From: Candidatus Sumerlaeaceae bacterium
GTDB taxonomy: Bacteria > Sumerlaeota > Sumerlaeia > Sumerlaeales > Sumerlaeaceae
Reading direction: 5' to 3'
DNA length: 64,000 nucleotides
Assembly (NCBI GenBank): GCA_051003195.1
Contig: JBPCLP010000030.1
Location: 1 to 64,000, forward strand
A program made the translations under genes and the position numbers. Below the pieces are notes generated by a model that saw nothing but the letters and a program-made list of their open reading frames with translations, did not search any database and was not told where the DNA came from. Below are positions 10,444-20,127 of this stretch, in pieces (position 1 is the first letter of the stretch; every line of letters starts with the position of its first letter).

Positions 10444-11589
10444 CTACCCGGCGCGCTTGCTCAGCTCCACCGCTTTTTGAGCGCCCTCGCTCATTGTAGC
10501 CACGGGGATGAGTTCGGTTCCCTTCAGCATCTCGCGCGCTTTTTCCTCATTGGTCCCGCTGAGCCGAATCACAATCGGAATATTCCAGTTCGGAAACGCC
10601 TTCAGGGCTGCCAGTATTCCCTCGGCAACCAGGTCACAGCGTACGATGCCACCAAAGATATTGAACAGAATGGTGTTCACGTTGGGGTCACCCGTGATGA
10701 CCCGGAGTGCCTCGGTAACCTGCTCGGCCTTTGCTCCGCCGCCGATGTCCAGGAAGTTGGCAGGTTCGCCGCCATAGTGCTTTACGATATCCATGGTGCC
10801 CATTGCCAGGCCTGCGCCGTTTACGATGCAGCCGATTTTCCCTTCGAGCTTCACATAATTCAGCTTTGCTTCACGGGCCTGTCGCTCCAGAGGCGCCTCT
10901 TCAGCCGGGTCGCGCATCGCAGCGATCTCCGGGTGGTCGCCCAGTGCGTTGTCGTCGAAATTCATTTTTGCATCCGCCGCAATGACTTCGCCTTTGCCGG
11001 TAACAACGAGCGGATTGATCTCGGCAAGCGAGCAGTCCTTGTCGATAAACGCGCGGTAGAGGCCGCGTACCACGCCGGCGAAGTCTTTCATGCCTTCCTT
11101 TGGAATGTCCACGAAGTACGCCATCTGACGCACCTGGTAATCTGACAGACCGAGCATTGGATCTACGCCGAGAAACAGAATCTTTTCCGGCGTGTTCGCT
11201 GCAACTTCCTCGATGTCCACACCGCCCGCCGCGCTGATCATAAAGACCGGAAGTTTGCGCGCGCGATCGATAATGATACCCAGGTAAATCTCACGCTGGA
11301 TATCAATGCCCTGCTCGACGAGCACGGTCTTGACGGTCTCGCCCTTGATGTCCATTCCAATAATCTGCGCACCCAGCTTTTCGGCTTCATCCACGCTTTT
11401 TGCCAGCTTTACGCCACCGGCCTTGCCGCGACCGCCCACCAGAACCTGGCTTTTTATAACCACCGGAAATGCGCCCAGCTTCTCTGCGGCGGCGCGAACT
11501 TTGCCGGGTTCATCGGCTACCTCGCCCTGCGGAGTCTTCACGCCATAGCCGCGCAGAATGTCCTTCGCCTGGTACTCGTGGATTTTCAT
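10444..11589 (-). CDS. sucC: Succinyl-CoA synthetase beta subunit
   Basis: MKIHEYQAK, GGRGKAGGVK, EINPL, NGAGLAM, PANFLDIGG, NIFGGIVRCD. Confidence 0.97.
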   Translation of the reverse strand: MKIHEYQAKDILRGYGVKTPQGEVADEPGKVRAAAEKLGAFPVVIKSQVLVGGRGKAGGVKLAKSVDEAEKLGAQIIGMDIKGETVKTVLVEQGIDIQREIYLGIIIDRARKLPVFMISAAGGVDIEEVAANTPEKILFLGVDPMLGLSDYQVRQMAYFVDIPKEGMKDFAGVVRGLYRAFIDKDCSLAEINPLVVTGKGEVIAADAKMNFDDNALGDHPEIAAMRDPAEEAPLERQAREAKLNYVKLEGKIGCIVNGAGLAMGTMDIVKHYGGEPANFLDIGGGAKAEQVTEALRVITGDPNVNTILFNIFGGIVRCDLVAEGILAALKAFPNWNIPIVIRLSGTNEEKAREMLKGTELIPVATMSEGAQKAVELSKRAG

Positions 11590-11683
11590 TGTGTGTCCTC
11601 TCGGTTAAAACGGTCAGCACGTAAAAGTGCGAGTCAGCGCACCGCAAGTGGAATTGTGCTAAGCTCGCGGTTTGCGAGTGCTG

Positions 11684-11879
11684 CTAGTGAGGTGTCCCAG
11701 AGATTCGTTATATATTTTCGGTTTCCGGCGCCCCTTCAGGGCGCGAAAAATGGGGTGCTGTAACCCAGGGCTGCGGATTCCAAAAAGCCGGAACCCTGTC
11801 CCTGGGCTGTGTTCCGCTGCACCTTCGGTGCAAAAAACTTAACTGAATTATGGCGCGAATTTCTGGGACAGGACACTAG
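11684..11879. mobile_element. MITE-like element bounded by CTAG, with imperfect terminal inverted repeats and internal REP-like hairpins (copy 1)
   Basis: Left end CTAGTGAGGTGTCCCAGAGATTCG, right end CGAATTTCTGGGACAGGACACTAG; internal GCCCCTTCAGGGC, CCCAGGG..CCCTGGG and GCACCTTCGGTGC; homologous to 60989-61267. Confidence 0.75.
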
Positions 11880-13153
11880 AGGGGATTTGGCTGCTCCACG
11901 CTTTTCGCATACCGCCACGCCAGCGGCATCGCGATGATCATCACCAGCGTTGCCAGCAGGAACGGTGCGCCGGGCAGATGCATCGGCGCCTGGGTGCTGA
12001 TGAAAAGCGCGAAAATTCCGGAAAAGATGGGCGGCCCTGCCATATTGGCTACGCCGTTTAAGCTGGTCAGCGCACCCTGCAGGCGCCCCTGCTCGTCAGG
12101 TCCAAGCTTCTTTGTCATCAGGGCCTGCACGCTTGGCCCGGCCAGACCCCACATGGCCATCACAGGAATTGCCAAGGTAAACACCGTGCCGTTTGGGGCA
12201 AACCCGTACATTGTAAAACCGGCGACCCCAAAGCCAAGCCCGATCATAAGCGTCATGCGTTCTCCCAGTCGCTTGATGAGGGGTCGAATGAGACCCCCCT
12301 GCACGACAGATGAACATACGCCGGCAAGCGCCAGCACCAGTCCGACTTTGCGTTCCTCCCAGCCGTAGCGATAACCGGCATACAACACAAAACATGCGGG
12401 GAAAACCACGTGCGCGAAGTTCGAGCAAAACGCCACCATCGCCAGGCCAAGCAAGTTTGCATGACTCGATAAAAACTTGAGCGAGCCAAACGGGTTGGCG
12501 CGACGCCATTGGAACTTCGCCCGGTTTTCTTTCTTTAGCGATTCCGGCAGAATGAAAAACCCATAGGTGGCGTTTGCGAGGCTAAGCCCGGCAGCGACCC
12601 AGAAGGGCAACCTTAGATCGTAATGACCAAGGATCCCGCCCAGCGCTGGACCTATGACGAAGCCCAGTCCGAATGCGGCGCCCAGCATGCCGTAACCGGC
12701 CGCGCGCTTTTCGTGCGGTGTCACGTCTGCGATGTAAGCGCTGGCTGCGCTGATGCTGGATGCGCATATGCCGGAGATCACGCGACCGATGAACAGAAGT
12801 GTGAAGCCGGGCGCGAGCGCCATCAGAATGTAGTCGAATCCCAGTCCGACGTTGGAGAGAAGAATGACCGGCCTGCGCCCGAATCGATCCGACAGCGCGC
12901 CGAGCACAGGAGAGCAGACGAACTGCATCGCAGCCCAGACGGTCACGAACAGGCCATAGATTGCGGCGGCATTCTCCGTGTTCCCGTTGGAGAACTGAAG
13001 GACCAGCTTGGGCAACACCGGGATGATTAAACCGAGCGCGAGGATATCCAGCACGACGGTAATAAAAATAAATATGAGGGCCGCACGGCGCACGGGTGCT
13101 TCGGGCGCCTGAAGTTCGTTTGCGAGTTCCGCCGGCTGGTCGAGTTCGTTCAT
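11876..13153 (-). CDS. MFS transporter, TetA/DHA1-like
   Basis: Motif A GALSDRFGRRP, motif C GLGFVIGPALGG, LPESL; about 12 hydrophobic segments. Confidence 0.92.
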   Translation of the reverse strand: MNELDQPAELANELQAPEAPVRRAALIFIFITVVLDILALGLIIPVLPKLVLQFSNGNTENAAAIYGLFVTVWAAMQFVCSPVLGALSDRFGRRPVILLSNVGLGFDYILMALAPGFTLLFIGRVISGICASSISAASAYIADVTPHEKRAAGYGMLGAAFGLGFVIGPALGGILGHYDLRLPFWVAAGLSLANATYGFFILPESLKKENRAKFQWRRANPFGSLKFLSSHANLLGLAMVAFCSNFAHVVFPACFVLYAGYRYGWEERKVGLVLALAGVCSSVVQGGLIRPLIKRLGERMTLMIGLGFGVAGFTMYGFAPNGTVFTLAIPVMAMWGLAGPSVQALMTKKLGPDEQGRLQGALTSLNGVANMAGPPIFSGIFALFISTQAPMHLPGAPFLLATLVMIIAMPLAWRYAKSVEQPNPL

Positions 13154-13292
13154 GCCTTACAAAAGCACAGCCAGTGATTGTAAGAATCCATACATTCTTT
13201 AGTGACACTGCCGGGGTAACGGTTTTGAATTCCGCATTAATGAAAGCAATGCTCGACTACTCGCACAATAAGCGCAGCAGCGCAGATACATT

Positions 13293-14363
13293 CTGAGCAC
13301 CCGCTACAGCCCAGCTTCGCTCCGCCGTGTTTCAGCCCAGATAGCTGCGGCGGCCGGCGTGCGCCCTGAAGACGCCGCCATTCTGGCAGATTCGCTTGTC
13401 GCTGCCGACCTGGCCGGCACATCCACGCATGGCGTTTCCCGGCTGGCCATCTACATCAAGCGCATCGAAGCCGGCCTGATTGATCCCAGTGCGGAGCTCA
13501 CCGTCGGACACTCACGTGCGGCGTCACTTACGGTCGATTGCGGCAACGGACTTGGCCAGGTACAGGCAGTGAAGGTACTGGATCAACTGATGCCGCTTGC
13601 GTACGAATACGGTATCGCCGCAGCCACCATGCACAATTCGCAGCATTTCGGGGCGTTGTCATATTACTGCAATCGCGTCGCCGCGCAGGATCTCATACTG
13701 CTGGCAATGACGGGCTGCGAGCCGGCGATGAGCCCTGAGGGCGGTTGCCAGCCCTTCTTCGGCACGAACCCGATTGCGGTATCCTTTCCCACCTCGGGCG
13801 AATTTCCAATCAAGATCGACCTTTCCACGTCGATCATTGCTCGCGGTAACATCATCGCCGCGCTAAAAAATGGAGAGCCGATCCCCGCAGGGTGGGCTCT
13901 GGATTCGGAGGGTAATCCGACGACAGATGCTTCTGCTGCACTCGTGGGCACCGTCCTCACGATGGCGGGTCACAAGGGGTATGCCCTCGCGCTCATGGTC
14001 GAGGTGTTCTCCAGCGTGTTGTCGGGTGCGGCCGTCGGTCCGCAAATTGGCTCCATGTACAAAAATCTCGATCGTAAACAGGACGTCGGACATTTCTTCT
14101 GCATGATTGATCCCGCAGCGTTTATGGAGATTAACGTCTTTAAAGCACGCCTGGATGACACCATATGTGCACTAAAGTCGGTCCGGAGGCGGCCTGGCGT
14201 AGAGGAGCTGCTGGTACCTGGCGAACGTGCCTATTTTACCACCCAGCGTAATCAACGCGAAGGCTTGCTGATAGACGATGCCACCTTTACCGAGCTTCGA
14301 GAACTAAGCACCAGGTATCGAGTCAACTTCGACCTGGAGCCCGCTGACCACACAGCGCATTGA
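13293..14363 (+). CDS. Ldh_2 family oxidoreductase (malate/L-lactate/ureidoglycolate dehydrogenase type)
   Basis: ADLAGTSTHG, HFGALSYY, GTNPIA, GHKGYALA, PGE; frame is open upstream of GTG 13359 to a probable CTG start at 13293. Confidence 0.9.
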   Translation: MSTRYSPASLRRVSAQIAAAAGVRPEDAAILADSLVAADLAGTSTHGVSRLAIYIKRIEAGLIDPSAELTVGHSRAASLTVDCGNGLGQVQAVKVLDQLMPLAYEYGIAAATMHNSQHFGALSYYCNRVAAQDLILLAMTGCEPAMSPEGGCQPFFGTNPIAVSFPTSGEFPIKIDLSTSIIARGNIIAALKNGEPIPAGWALDSEGNPTTDASAALVGTVLTMAGHKGYALALMVEVFSSVLSGAAVGPQIGSMYKNLDRKQDVGHFFCMIDPAAFMEINVFKARLDDTICALKSVRRRPGVEELLVPGERAYFTTQRNQREGLLIDDATFTELRELSTRYRVNFDLEPADHTAH

Positions 14364-14484
14364 AAAAAGCCCAAAGCGCGGGCAATAATCATGCTCCCGG
14401 GCTATAATGTAAATCCGCTTGAGATGTGCCCCGCGCCTGCGGTACTGATCTCGCACAGGTTCAGGAGCTAAACGATCCGCAAGC

Positions 14485-15906
14485 ATGTATCGACGCGTAC
14501 TATTAATGAATCCTCCGTCCGAGCTTTATCGGAGGGACGATCGTTGCCAGTCCAAGGTCGAGGACCAGACCGTCCGTGTGATCTTTCCGCCGATCGAGCT
14601 AGGAATGCTTGCGGCAATTGCGCGGGAATGCGGCGCGGAGGTCGCGCTTAAAGATTACCCGACCGTCGGGGCGACGGCGCAGCAGTATATCGACGACCTG
14701 AACGCGTTCAAGCCGGACCTGGTGCTGCTTAATACCACCGCACACACGATCAGAGAAGACCTTGCCGCCTTCAGTATCGCGCGGGAGTTCTTCCCAGGGG
14801 TTCGTACGATTGTCAAAGGCGAGGCCGTCGCGGTCCGCGCTGAAGAAATTCTGAAGACGCATGGCGAGCTGGACATTGTATTGGACGGTGAGCCCGAGAT
14901 AGCGTTCCGCGACATCGTAACGGGAAAGCCGTTGAGCGAAGTGGGCAACATTTCCTGGCGGGATGAGGACAAAACGATCCGGCGTGGTCCGCAGCTTCCG
15001 CTCATCCCGTCGCTTGATGATTTGCCATTTCCGGCGCGGGACCTGTTCGACAATTCGCTCTATCGCAGCCCTGAAAACGGACGCATGATTACCGCGGTTT
15101 ATGCGCAGCGGGGCTGCCCCGCGAAATGTATCTATTGCCCGGCCGGCAGCATGTATGACTACAAAGTACGAGAGCGGTCGATCGAAAGTGTAATCGCGGA
15201 GATCGAAGATTGCGTGAAGAACTACGGCATACGCGATTTCCTTTTCCACGGCGACACATTTACGCTCCACAAGAAGTGGCTCATTCAGCTGTGCCAGGCC
15301 ATCGTCGAGCGTGGATTGGAAGTTCACTGGGGATGCAACAGCCGCGTCGATACCATCGACGACGAACGCGCGGAGTGGATGCGCAAAGCAGGCTGCTGGG
15401 TGGTCGCATTCGGGTTCGAGCACGGCGACCAGGAGATCCTGGACAAAATGAAAAAGGGCGCGCGCGTGGAAAAAGCCTACGAGGCGGTTCGCGTGTGCCG
15501 CAGGCACGCCCTGCAAGTGCACGGCTTCTTCGTTATCGGCACTCCGTGGGAAACCGAACACACCCTGGAGAAGGCGTTCGAGTTTGCAAAAACGCTGGAT
15601 ACGGATTACTTCGATTTCAATATAGCGTACCCGCTGCCCGGAACCGAACTCCACGATATCGTTGTACGCGATGGGCTCTTTGAAACCTCGGAAGAGTCTA
15701 CGAAGGTCGGTTACGCGCAGGCGGCGGTTCGCACTTACGAGTTGAGCAGCGCGGCGCTGACCGACTGGCGCAAAAAGGCGCTATTTCGGTTATATCGTCG
15801 ACCAAGCTGGATTTTCCGCACCGTTCGCAACGCCGCCGCAAACGGAACCACGATGTATTACGCCAAAGAAGCATGGTTCCGGCTGAATCGGCTGCTGAGA
15901 AACTGA
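14485..15906 (+). CDS. B12-binding-domain radical SAM protein
   Basis: PPIELGMLAA N-domain, DDLPFPARDL, RGCPAKCIYC (CxxxCxxC), GFEHG, GFFVIGTPWE, PLPGT. Confidence 0.9.
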   Translation: MYRRVLLMNPPSELYRRDDRCQSKVEDQTVRVIFPPIELGMLAAIARECGAEVALKDYPTVGATAQQYIDDLNAFKPDLVLLNTTAHTIREDLAAFSIAREFFPGVRTIVKGEAVAVRAEEILKTHGELDIVLDGEPEIAFRDIVTGKPLSEVGNISWRDEDKTIRRGPQLPLIPSLDDLPFPARDLFDNSLYRSPENGRMITAVYAQRGCPAKCIYCPAGSMYDYKVRERSIESVIAEIEDCVKNYGIRDFLFHGDTFTLHKKWLIQLCQAIVERGLEVHWGCNSRVDTIDDERAEWMRKAGCWVVAFGFEHGDQEILDKMKKGARVEKAYEAVRVCRRHALQVHGFFVIGTPWETEHTLEKAFEFAKTLDTDYFDFNIAYPLPGTELHDIVVRDGLFETSEESTKVGYAQAAVRTYELSSAALTDWRKKALFRLYRRPSWIFRTVRNAAANGTTMYYAKEAWFRLNRLLRN

Positions 15907-15950
15907 CGGGCGGAAAAACCGCAAATCTAAGTGCGCGAATGAGCAGCAAT

Positions 15951-17183
15951 TTAGACGATTCGTTTTTCGGTAAAAAACTCCACGACGCGGCGGAATGCAG
16001 TGATCGTCTCTTCCAAGTCTACGTCCGTGAACCCCTCATGGATCGGGAGCACGATGCAGTTTTGCAGCAGGTTTTCAGCGACCGGGCAGATGCCAGGACC
16101 GTAATTTCGTGATCCAAAAGAATGATCCCCGCGTGCGAAAGGGGAGTGGTTTAACATCAACGGGTACTCGTATACGCAGCGGCCTATGTAGTGGGCCATT
16201 ACGGGAATGCCCTCCGCCTGGAGCGCTTCCGCGATCTTATCAACGTTCGCGCCGAGAGCCTCTGCGTGAACACGAAACATATAGAACCACCACGATGACT
16301 CACATCCGGGTGTGACGTCGGGCAACACCAGCCCGGGCAACTCACATAGTGCAGCGGCCAGTCGATCACACCAGCTCCGCCTGCGCGCTATTATCGCGTT
16401 CAGCTTAGGTACCTGGCCCAACGCAACGGCCGCCTGCAACTCGGTCATTCGATAGTTGTTCGCAAGAAATGTTGGGTTTCGGTCGCGCTGATCGCCGGTA
16501 CGGCTATATCCTTTATCCGTTGCCAGACGCGCGCGGTGTGCATCCTCATCGCTATTGCACAATACCAGTCCACCGTCGCCGCAGGAGATGTGCTTATACT
16601 CATTCAGGCTCAGGCAGCCATAGTGGCCATAGGTGCCAACGAGCCTCGCTTTGTACGTAGTGCCCCACGCCTGCGCGCAGTCCTCAATCAGCACGATGCC
16701 ACGTTGATCACAAAGCGCGCGCAACGCATCCACTTCGCACGCGTTCCCCCAAAGATGCACTGCGAGCACTGCGCGTGTGCGATCGGTAAGTACAGCGCGC
16801 ACGTAATCCGGTGTGATGACATGACGCGTCGGATGTACATCGGCGAAGACAGGAATCGCTCCCTGCCAGAGAATCGGTATGACGCTCCCCGCATCGGTGA
16901 TGGGTGATGTAATAACTTCGTCGCCCGGCGATATACCCGCTGCGATCATTGCCGTGTGGATGCTGGACGTCCCGCTGCTGCACGCCACCACGTGCGGGAC
17001 GCCGTACATTCCCGCGATCACACCTTCCAGTTCACGAACTTTTTTACCGTGCGCGTAAAAGAGGGTGTTTTGCTCAAGGGCCTCACGCAGGTGCTGGAGT
17101 TCGGGCTCGCCATAGCGCTGCTCACGTGTGAAGGGCGTCGTCTTGGCGGGTGTGCCTCCGCCAATTGCGGGAAGCTTTCTCAC
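15951..17183 (-). CDS. DegT/DnrJ/EryC1/StrS family PLP-dependent aminotransferase
   Basis: SSGTSS, PGDEVI, IEDCAQAWG, SLNEYKHISCGDGG, NYRMTELQAA. Confidence 0.93.
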   Translation of the reverse strand: MRKLPAIGGGTPAKTTPFTREQRYGEPELQHLREALEQNTLFYAHGKKVRELEGVIAGMYGVPHVVACSSGTSSIHTAMIAAGISPGDEVITSPITDAGSVIPILWQGAIPVFADVHPTRHVITPDYVRAVLTDRTRAVLAVHLWGNACEVDALRALCDQRGIVLIEDCAQAWGTTYKARLVGTYGHYGCLSLNEYKHISCGDGGLVLCNSDEDAHRARLATDKGYSRTGDQRDRNPTFLANNYRMTELQAAVALGQVPKLNAIIARRRSWCDRLAAALCELPGLVLPDVTPGCESSWWFYMFRVHAEALGANVDKIAEALQAEGIPVMAHYIGRCVYEYPLMLNHSPFARGDHSFGSRNYGPGICPVAENLLQNCIVLPIHEGFTDVDLEETITAFRRVVEFFTEKRIV

Positions 17184-18955
17184 GGCACTACCGTCTCAGC
17201 ATCGCCTTGTCGGGAGTTCTCGTAAGGCACGCTTTGGAAGCTAAATCCCCATCGCGTCAATCGCTGCGGCGTTACGCGCGTGGATGTCGAACTGTTTGTC
17301 GGATTTGAAGTCACGGCGCCTGCCAGTTCGCTATTTGCAGGGATAAGCCAAAGAATCGTGGCTTCTCTTAGTGCGGGTTCGCCGGTTAGTTGGATGGTAG
17401 CCAACCGGTCCGTAACTCTATACTCGCTCCATCGCACGCTCCGCCTTGCGCGCTCCCACGCGTTGATCTCGTCGGCGCGCCACCACTCCAGCCCTCGCGC
17501 GCGCGCGGTTTGGATGGTATGCCGCAGCGCGTCCGGAACGGCACTCTTATCGATGTGGGCGGGGTGAAAAAGCGAATGTAGTATTCCGTGGGTGCGGACA
17601 ACAGCATCGATAAGAAAATCGAAAATTTCCGCGGGTCCGAACACGGTGAGGTCTTGCGTCGGCGTCGGCAGTTCCAGCACAGGGATGATTCTGCCCAGCG
17701 GGTCCACGGGGTAATACGGGCGACACGTACCGAAGTTGAAACCCGCTTCGCCGGTCTTCGACGCGCCCTTCGACTGATCCATCTCAATCTGGTGCGCCTC
17801 GCACCATTCCCACAGCTCGCTATCACCTTCCCAGCGCATGTAGTGGTTCTTGTTCGTAACCGGGGCAGCGCCGTCGAACAGGTCGACAAGCGCCCGCCAC
17901 TGGCGCGAGAACTCAGCTCGGCCCCATGAAAGTCCCTCAGTCATTGCATCGTAGTGCATCGCGAGTTCATGGCCGGTCGAGGCGATATCGCGCATGAGCT
18001 CGCGTGGAAAGCCCGGCAGTATGGTGCACCAGGTAGCTTTCACGTTTTCCGCGTTTAATCTGTCGAGCATCAGTCTGCCCTGCTCGGGAACATTATGGTC
18101 AGTGTCGAGCGAGAGATGTGCGATTGCCGGCAGGTTGCGCGGATAAAGCCATAACAGCGGCAGCGCGACCTGCTGTTGCTCCGCGGCGAAAAAGATGGTA
18201 CGCAGCAGGAGTTCGCGCCAGAGGTCAGCGATCGGTTCCGTGAATGCGCGCAGTCCGTCGACGCCGGGTACCGGCCGACGATCCAGAATCCAATCCAGAA
18301 CGCACCCGTCGTCGCTTTTTAGCACGTTATCGGTAACGGGCACGGTACCATCCGACGCCGAAACACCGTCGCGCGTGACGCAGATACCCTGCTGGATCCG
18401 GACGATAGAACTTATGAGATCGGGCGCGATTACAATGGTGCGTCCGTTGCCGTTTTGTTTATGAACAAGCGCCACTCTTCCGGTGTCACGTCCATGCGCA
18501 TCGAGCACCGTTGCGAGCACCTCGCCATCCGCTGGAAGCAGAGGAATGCCGTTAAAGTAATGAAGCGGCAGTCGCACGTGCTCGGTTGTGCGATGCGCGC
18601 TGCTGGCCTTCAAATACCCTTCCCCGAGGGTGACGCCTCCACCGCCCCAGCTTCCGTAGGACGGCGGCGCCACGCGCGCACCCAACAGCGATTCCAAGCC
18701 ACAGACGCCGGCAACGCTGATCCAGCACCCCCCCGACTCCACCCACTTCTCCAGGGCGCTTGCGACATCTCCTGGCAGTTTCATTTCTCCCACGGTAAGC
18801 AGAATCGAAGTCTGGTTCAGGGTGGTCGCCAGATCGTCGAGCGTAACCGTCGAGTAGAAAATGCCCGCCGCGGCAAGGATTTCGTGAATGTAGTGCGAGT
18901 ACGAGCAAGTGCGCGAACCGTTTGGCGGAGGCGGCGGAAAAACGCACACGTGCAT
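17180..18955 (-). CDS. Hypothetical protein with amidotransferase-like N-terminal region and polysaccharide-deacetylase-like C-terminal domain
   Basis: LEKWVESGG in the N-region; LSLDTD, GHELAMHYD, NHYMRW, LFHP pattern; start chosen at ATG 18955 to avoid overlap with the divergent gene. Confidence 0.65.
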   Translation of the reverse strand: MHVCVFPPPPPNGSRTCSYSHYIHEILAAAGIFYSTVTLDDLATTLNQTSILLTVGEMKLPGDVASALEKWVESGGCWISVAGVCGLESLLGARVAPPSYGSWGGGGVTLGEGYLKASSAHRTTEHVRLPLHYFNGIPLLPADGEVLATVLDAHGRDTGRVALVHKQNGNGRTIVIAPDLISSIVRIQQGICVTRDGVSASDGTVPVTDNVLKSDDGCVLDWILDRRPVPGVDGLRAFTEPIADLWRELLLRTIFFAAEQQQVALPLLWLYPRNLPAIAHLSLDTDHNVPEQGRLMLDRLNAENVKATWCTILPGFPRELMRDIASTGHELAMHYDAMTEGLSWGRAEFSRQWRALVDLFDGAAPVTNKNHYMRWEGDSELWEWCEAHQIEMDQSKGASKTGEAGFNFGTCRPYYPVDPLGRIIPVLELPTPTQDLTVFGPAEIFDFLIDAVVRTHGILHSLFHPAHIDKSAVPDALRHTIQTARARGLEWWRADEINAWERARRSVRWSEYRVTDRLATIQLTGEPALREATILWLIPANSELAGAVTSNPTNSSTSTRVTPQRLTRWGFSFQSVPYENSRQGDAETVVP

Positions 18956-19035
18956 GGGGGAAAGATTTTGCTTACCAGGTGACATTTGGGACGCGGTTGT
19001 GCAAGGAACTAAGCTCAAAGGGTAGTAGATTCTGC

Positions 19036-20127
19036 ATGAGTTCAGAGAAAAAAACTGTAGCCGAGAGTTTGACGGCCGCACCAGCTACGGAGCAGGAGCT
19101 GGAAGATCTGCTGTCACAGCCGTATTCTGACACCGTTGAGCTCATGCAGCGGCTACAAGGCGATATCATGATCCTGGGTGTTGCCGGGAAGATGGGTCCG
19201 TCGCTTGCACGGCTGGCCAGGCGCGCCTGCGACGCAGCCGGGATTACAAAGCGGGTGATTGGAGTGAGTCGTTTTTCGGATTTGGCCCAACGACGCTTTC
19301 TTGAGCAATCCCGAATTGAGACGATTGTGTGCGATCTGGCAGACATGGCCGCCGTCTCAAAGCTGCCGAAATGTGAGAACATCATTTATATGGCCGGCCG
19401 AAAATTCGGCGAAGTGGGAAGCGAAGCGCAGACGTGGATAATGAACGTCGTGGTGCCGGCGAACGTCGCTCAATCGTTCCGGGCTTCGCGTATTGTCTGC
19501 TTTTCCACGGGGTGTGTGTACGAACTGCTGTCGCCGACCAGCATTGGGAGCACGGAGGCCGATGCGCCTGCGCCGGTGGGCGAGTATGCGAATTCCTGCC
19601 TTGGCCGCGAACGGGTTTTCGAACACTATTCCCGCGAGAACGGTACGCCGGTGCTGTTGTACCGGCTGAACTACGCCATCGATTTGCGATATGGGGTACT
19701 GGCCGATATCGCGCAACGTGTGTGGAATGGAGAGCCGGTTGACCGGAGTGTCGAAGCCGTGAATTTTATATGGCAGGGTGACGCCAACAACCGCGCATTA
19801 CTCTGCCTGGAGCACGCGACGTCGCCCCCGGCCGCGTTGAACGTCACCGGCTCTGAGAAAGTCCAAACGGAATGGATCGCGCGAAGATTTGGTGAGTTGC
19901 TCGACAAGCCGGTGATATCTACTGGCGGCGCAGCGGCGAAAGCGTACCTGAGCGATGCCGCGCGCTCCGTACAAATGTTTGGTCCACCACTCGTGAGCAC
20001 CGAGCAGATGATCCGGTGGACGGCCGATTGGATCCAGCGCGGCGGACGAAGTCTGAACAAGCCCACCCACTTCAGCGTGACCGATGGACAGTTCCTGGAT
20101 ACTCCAGGCGCAGCAGGTGTAGCGTGA
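19036..20127 (+). CDS. NAD-dependent epimerase/dehydratase family protein
   Basis: ILGVAGKMGPS Rossmann motif, FSTGCVY, EYANSC, RLNYA; ATG 19036. Confidence 0.85.
   Translation: MSSEKKTVAESLTAAPATEQELEDLLSQPYSDTVELMQRLQGDIMILGVAGKMGPSLARLARRACDAAGITKRVIGVSRFSDLAQRRFLEQSRIETIVCDLADMAAVSKLPKCENIIYMAGRKFGEVGSEAQTWIMNVVVPANVAQSFRASRIVCFSTGCVYELLSPTSIGSTEADAPAPVGEYANSCLGRERVFEHYSRENGTPVLLYRLNYAIDLRYGVLADIAQRVWNGEPVDRSVEAVNFIWQGDANNRALLCLEHATSPPAALNVTGSEKVQTEWIARRFGELLDKPVISTGGAAAKAYLSDAARSVQMFGPPLVSTEQMIRWTADWIQRGGRSLNKPTHFSVTDGQFLDTPGAAGVA

Noticed and set aside
11876..13153. Acquired tetracycline resistance gene
   Set aside because: A TetA-like fold alone does not establish the substrate; there is no tetR and no resistance-cassette context
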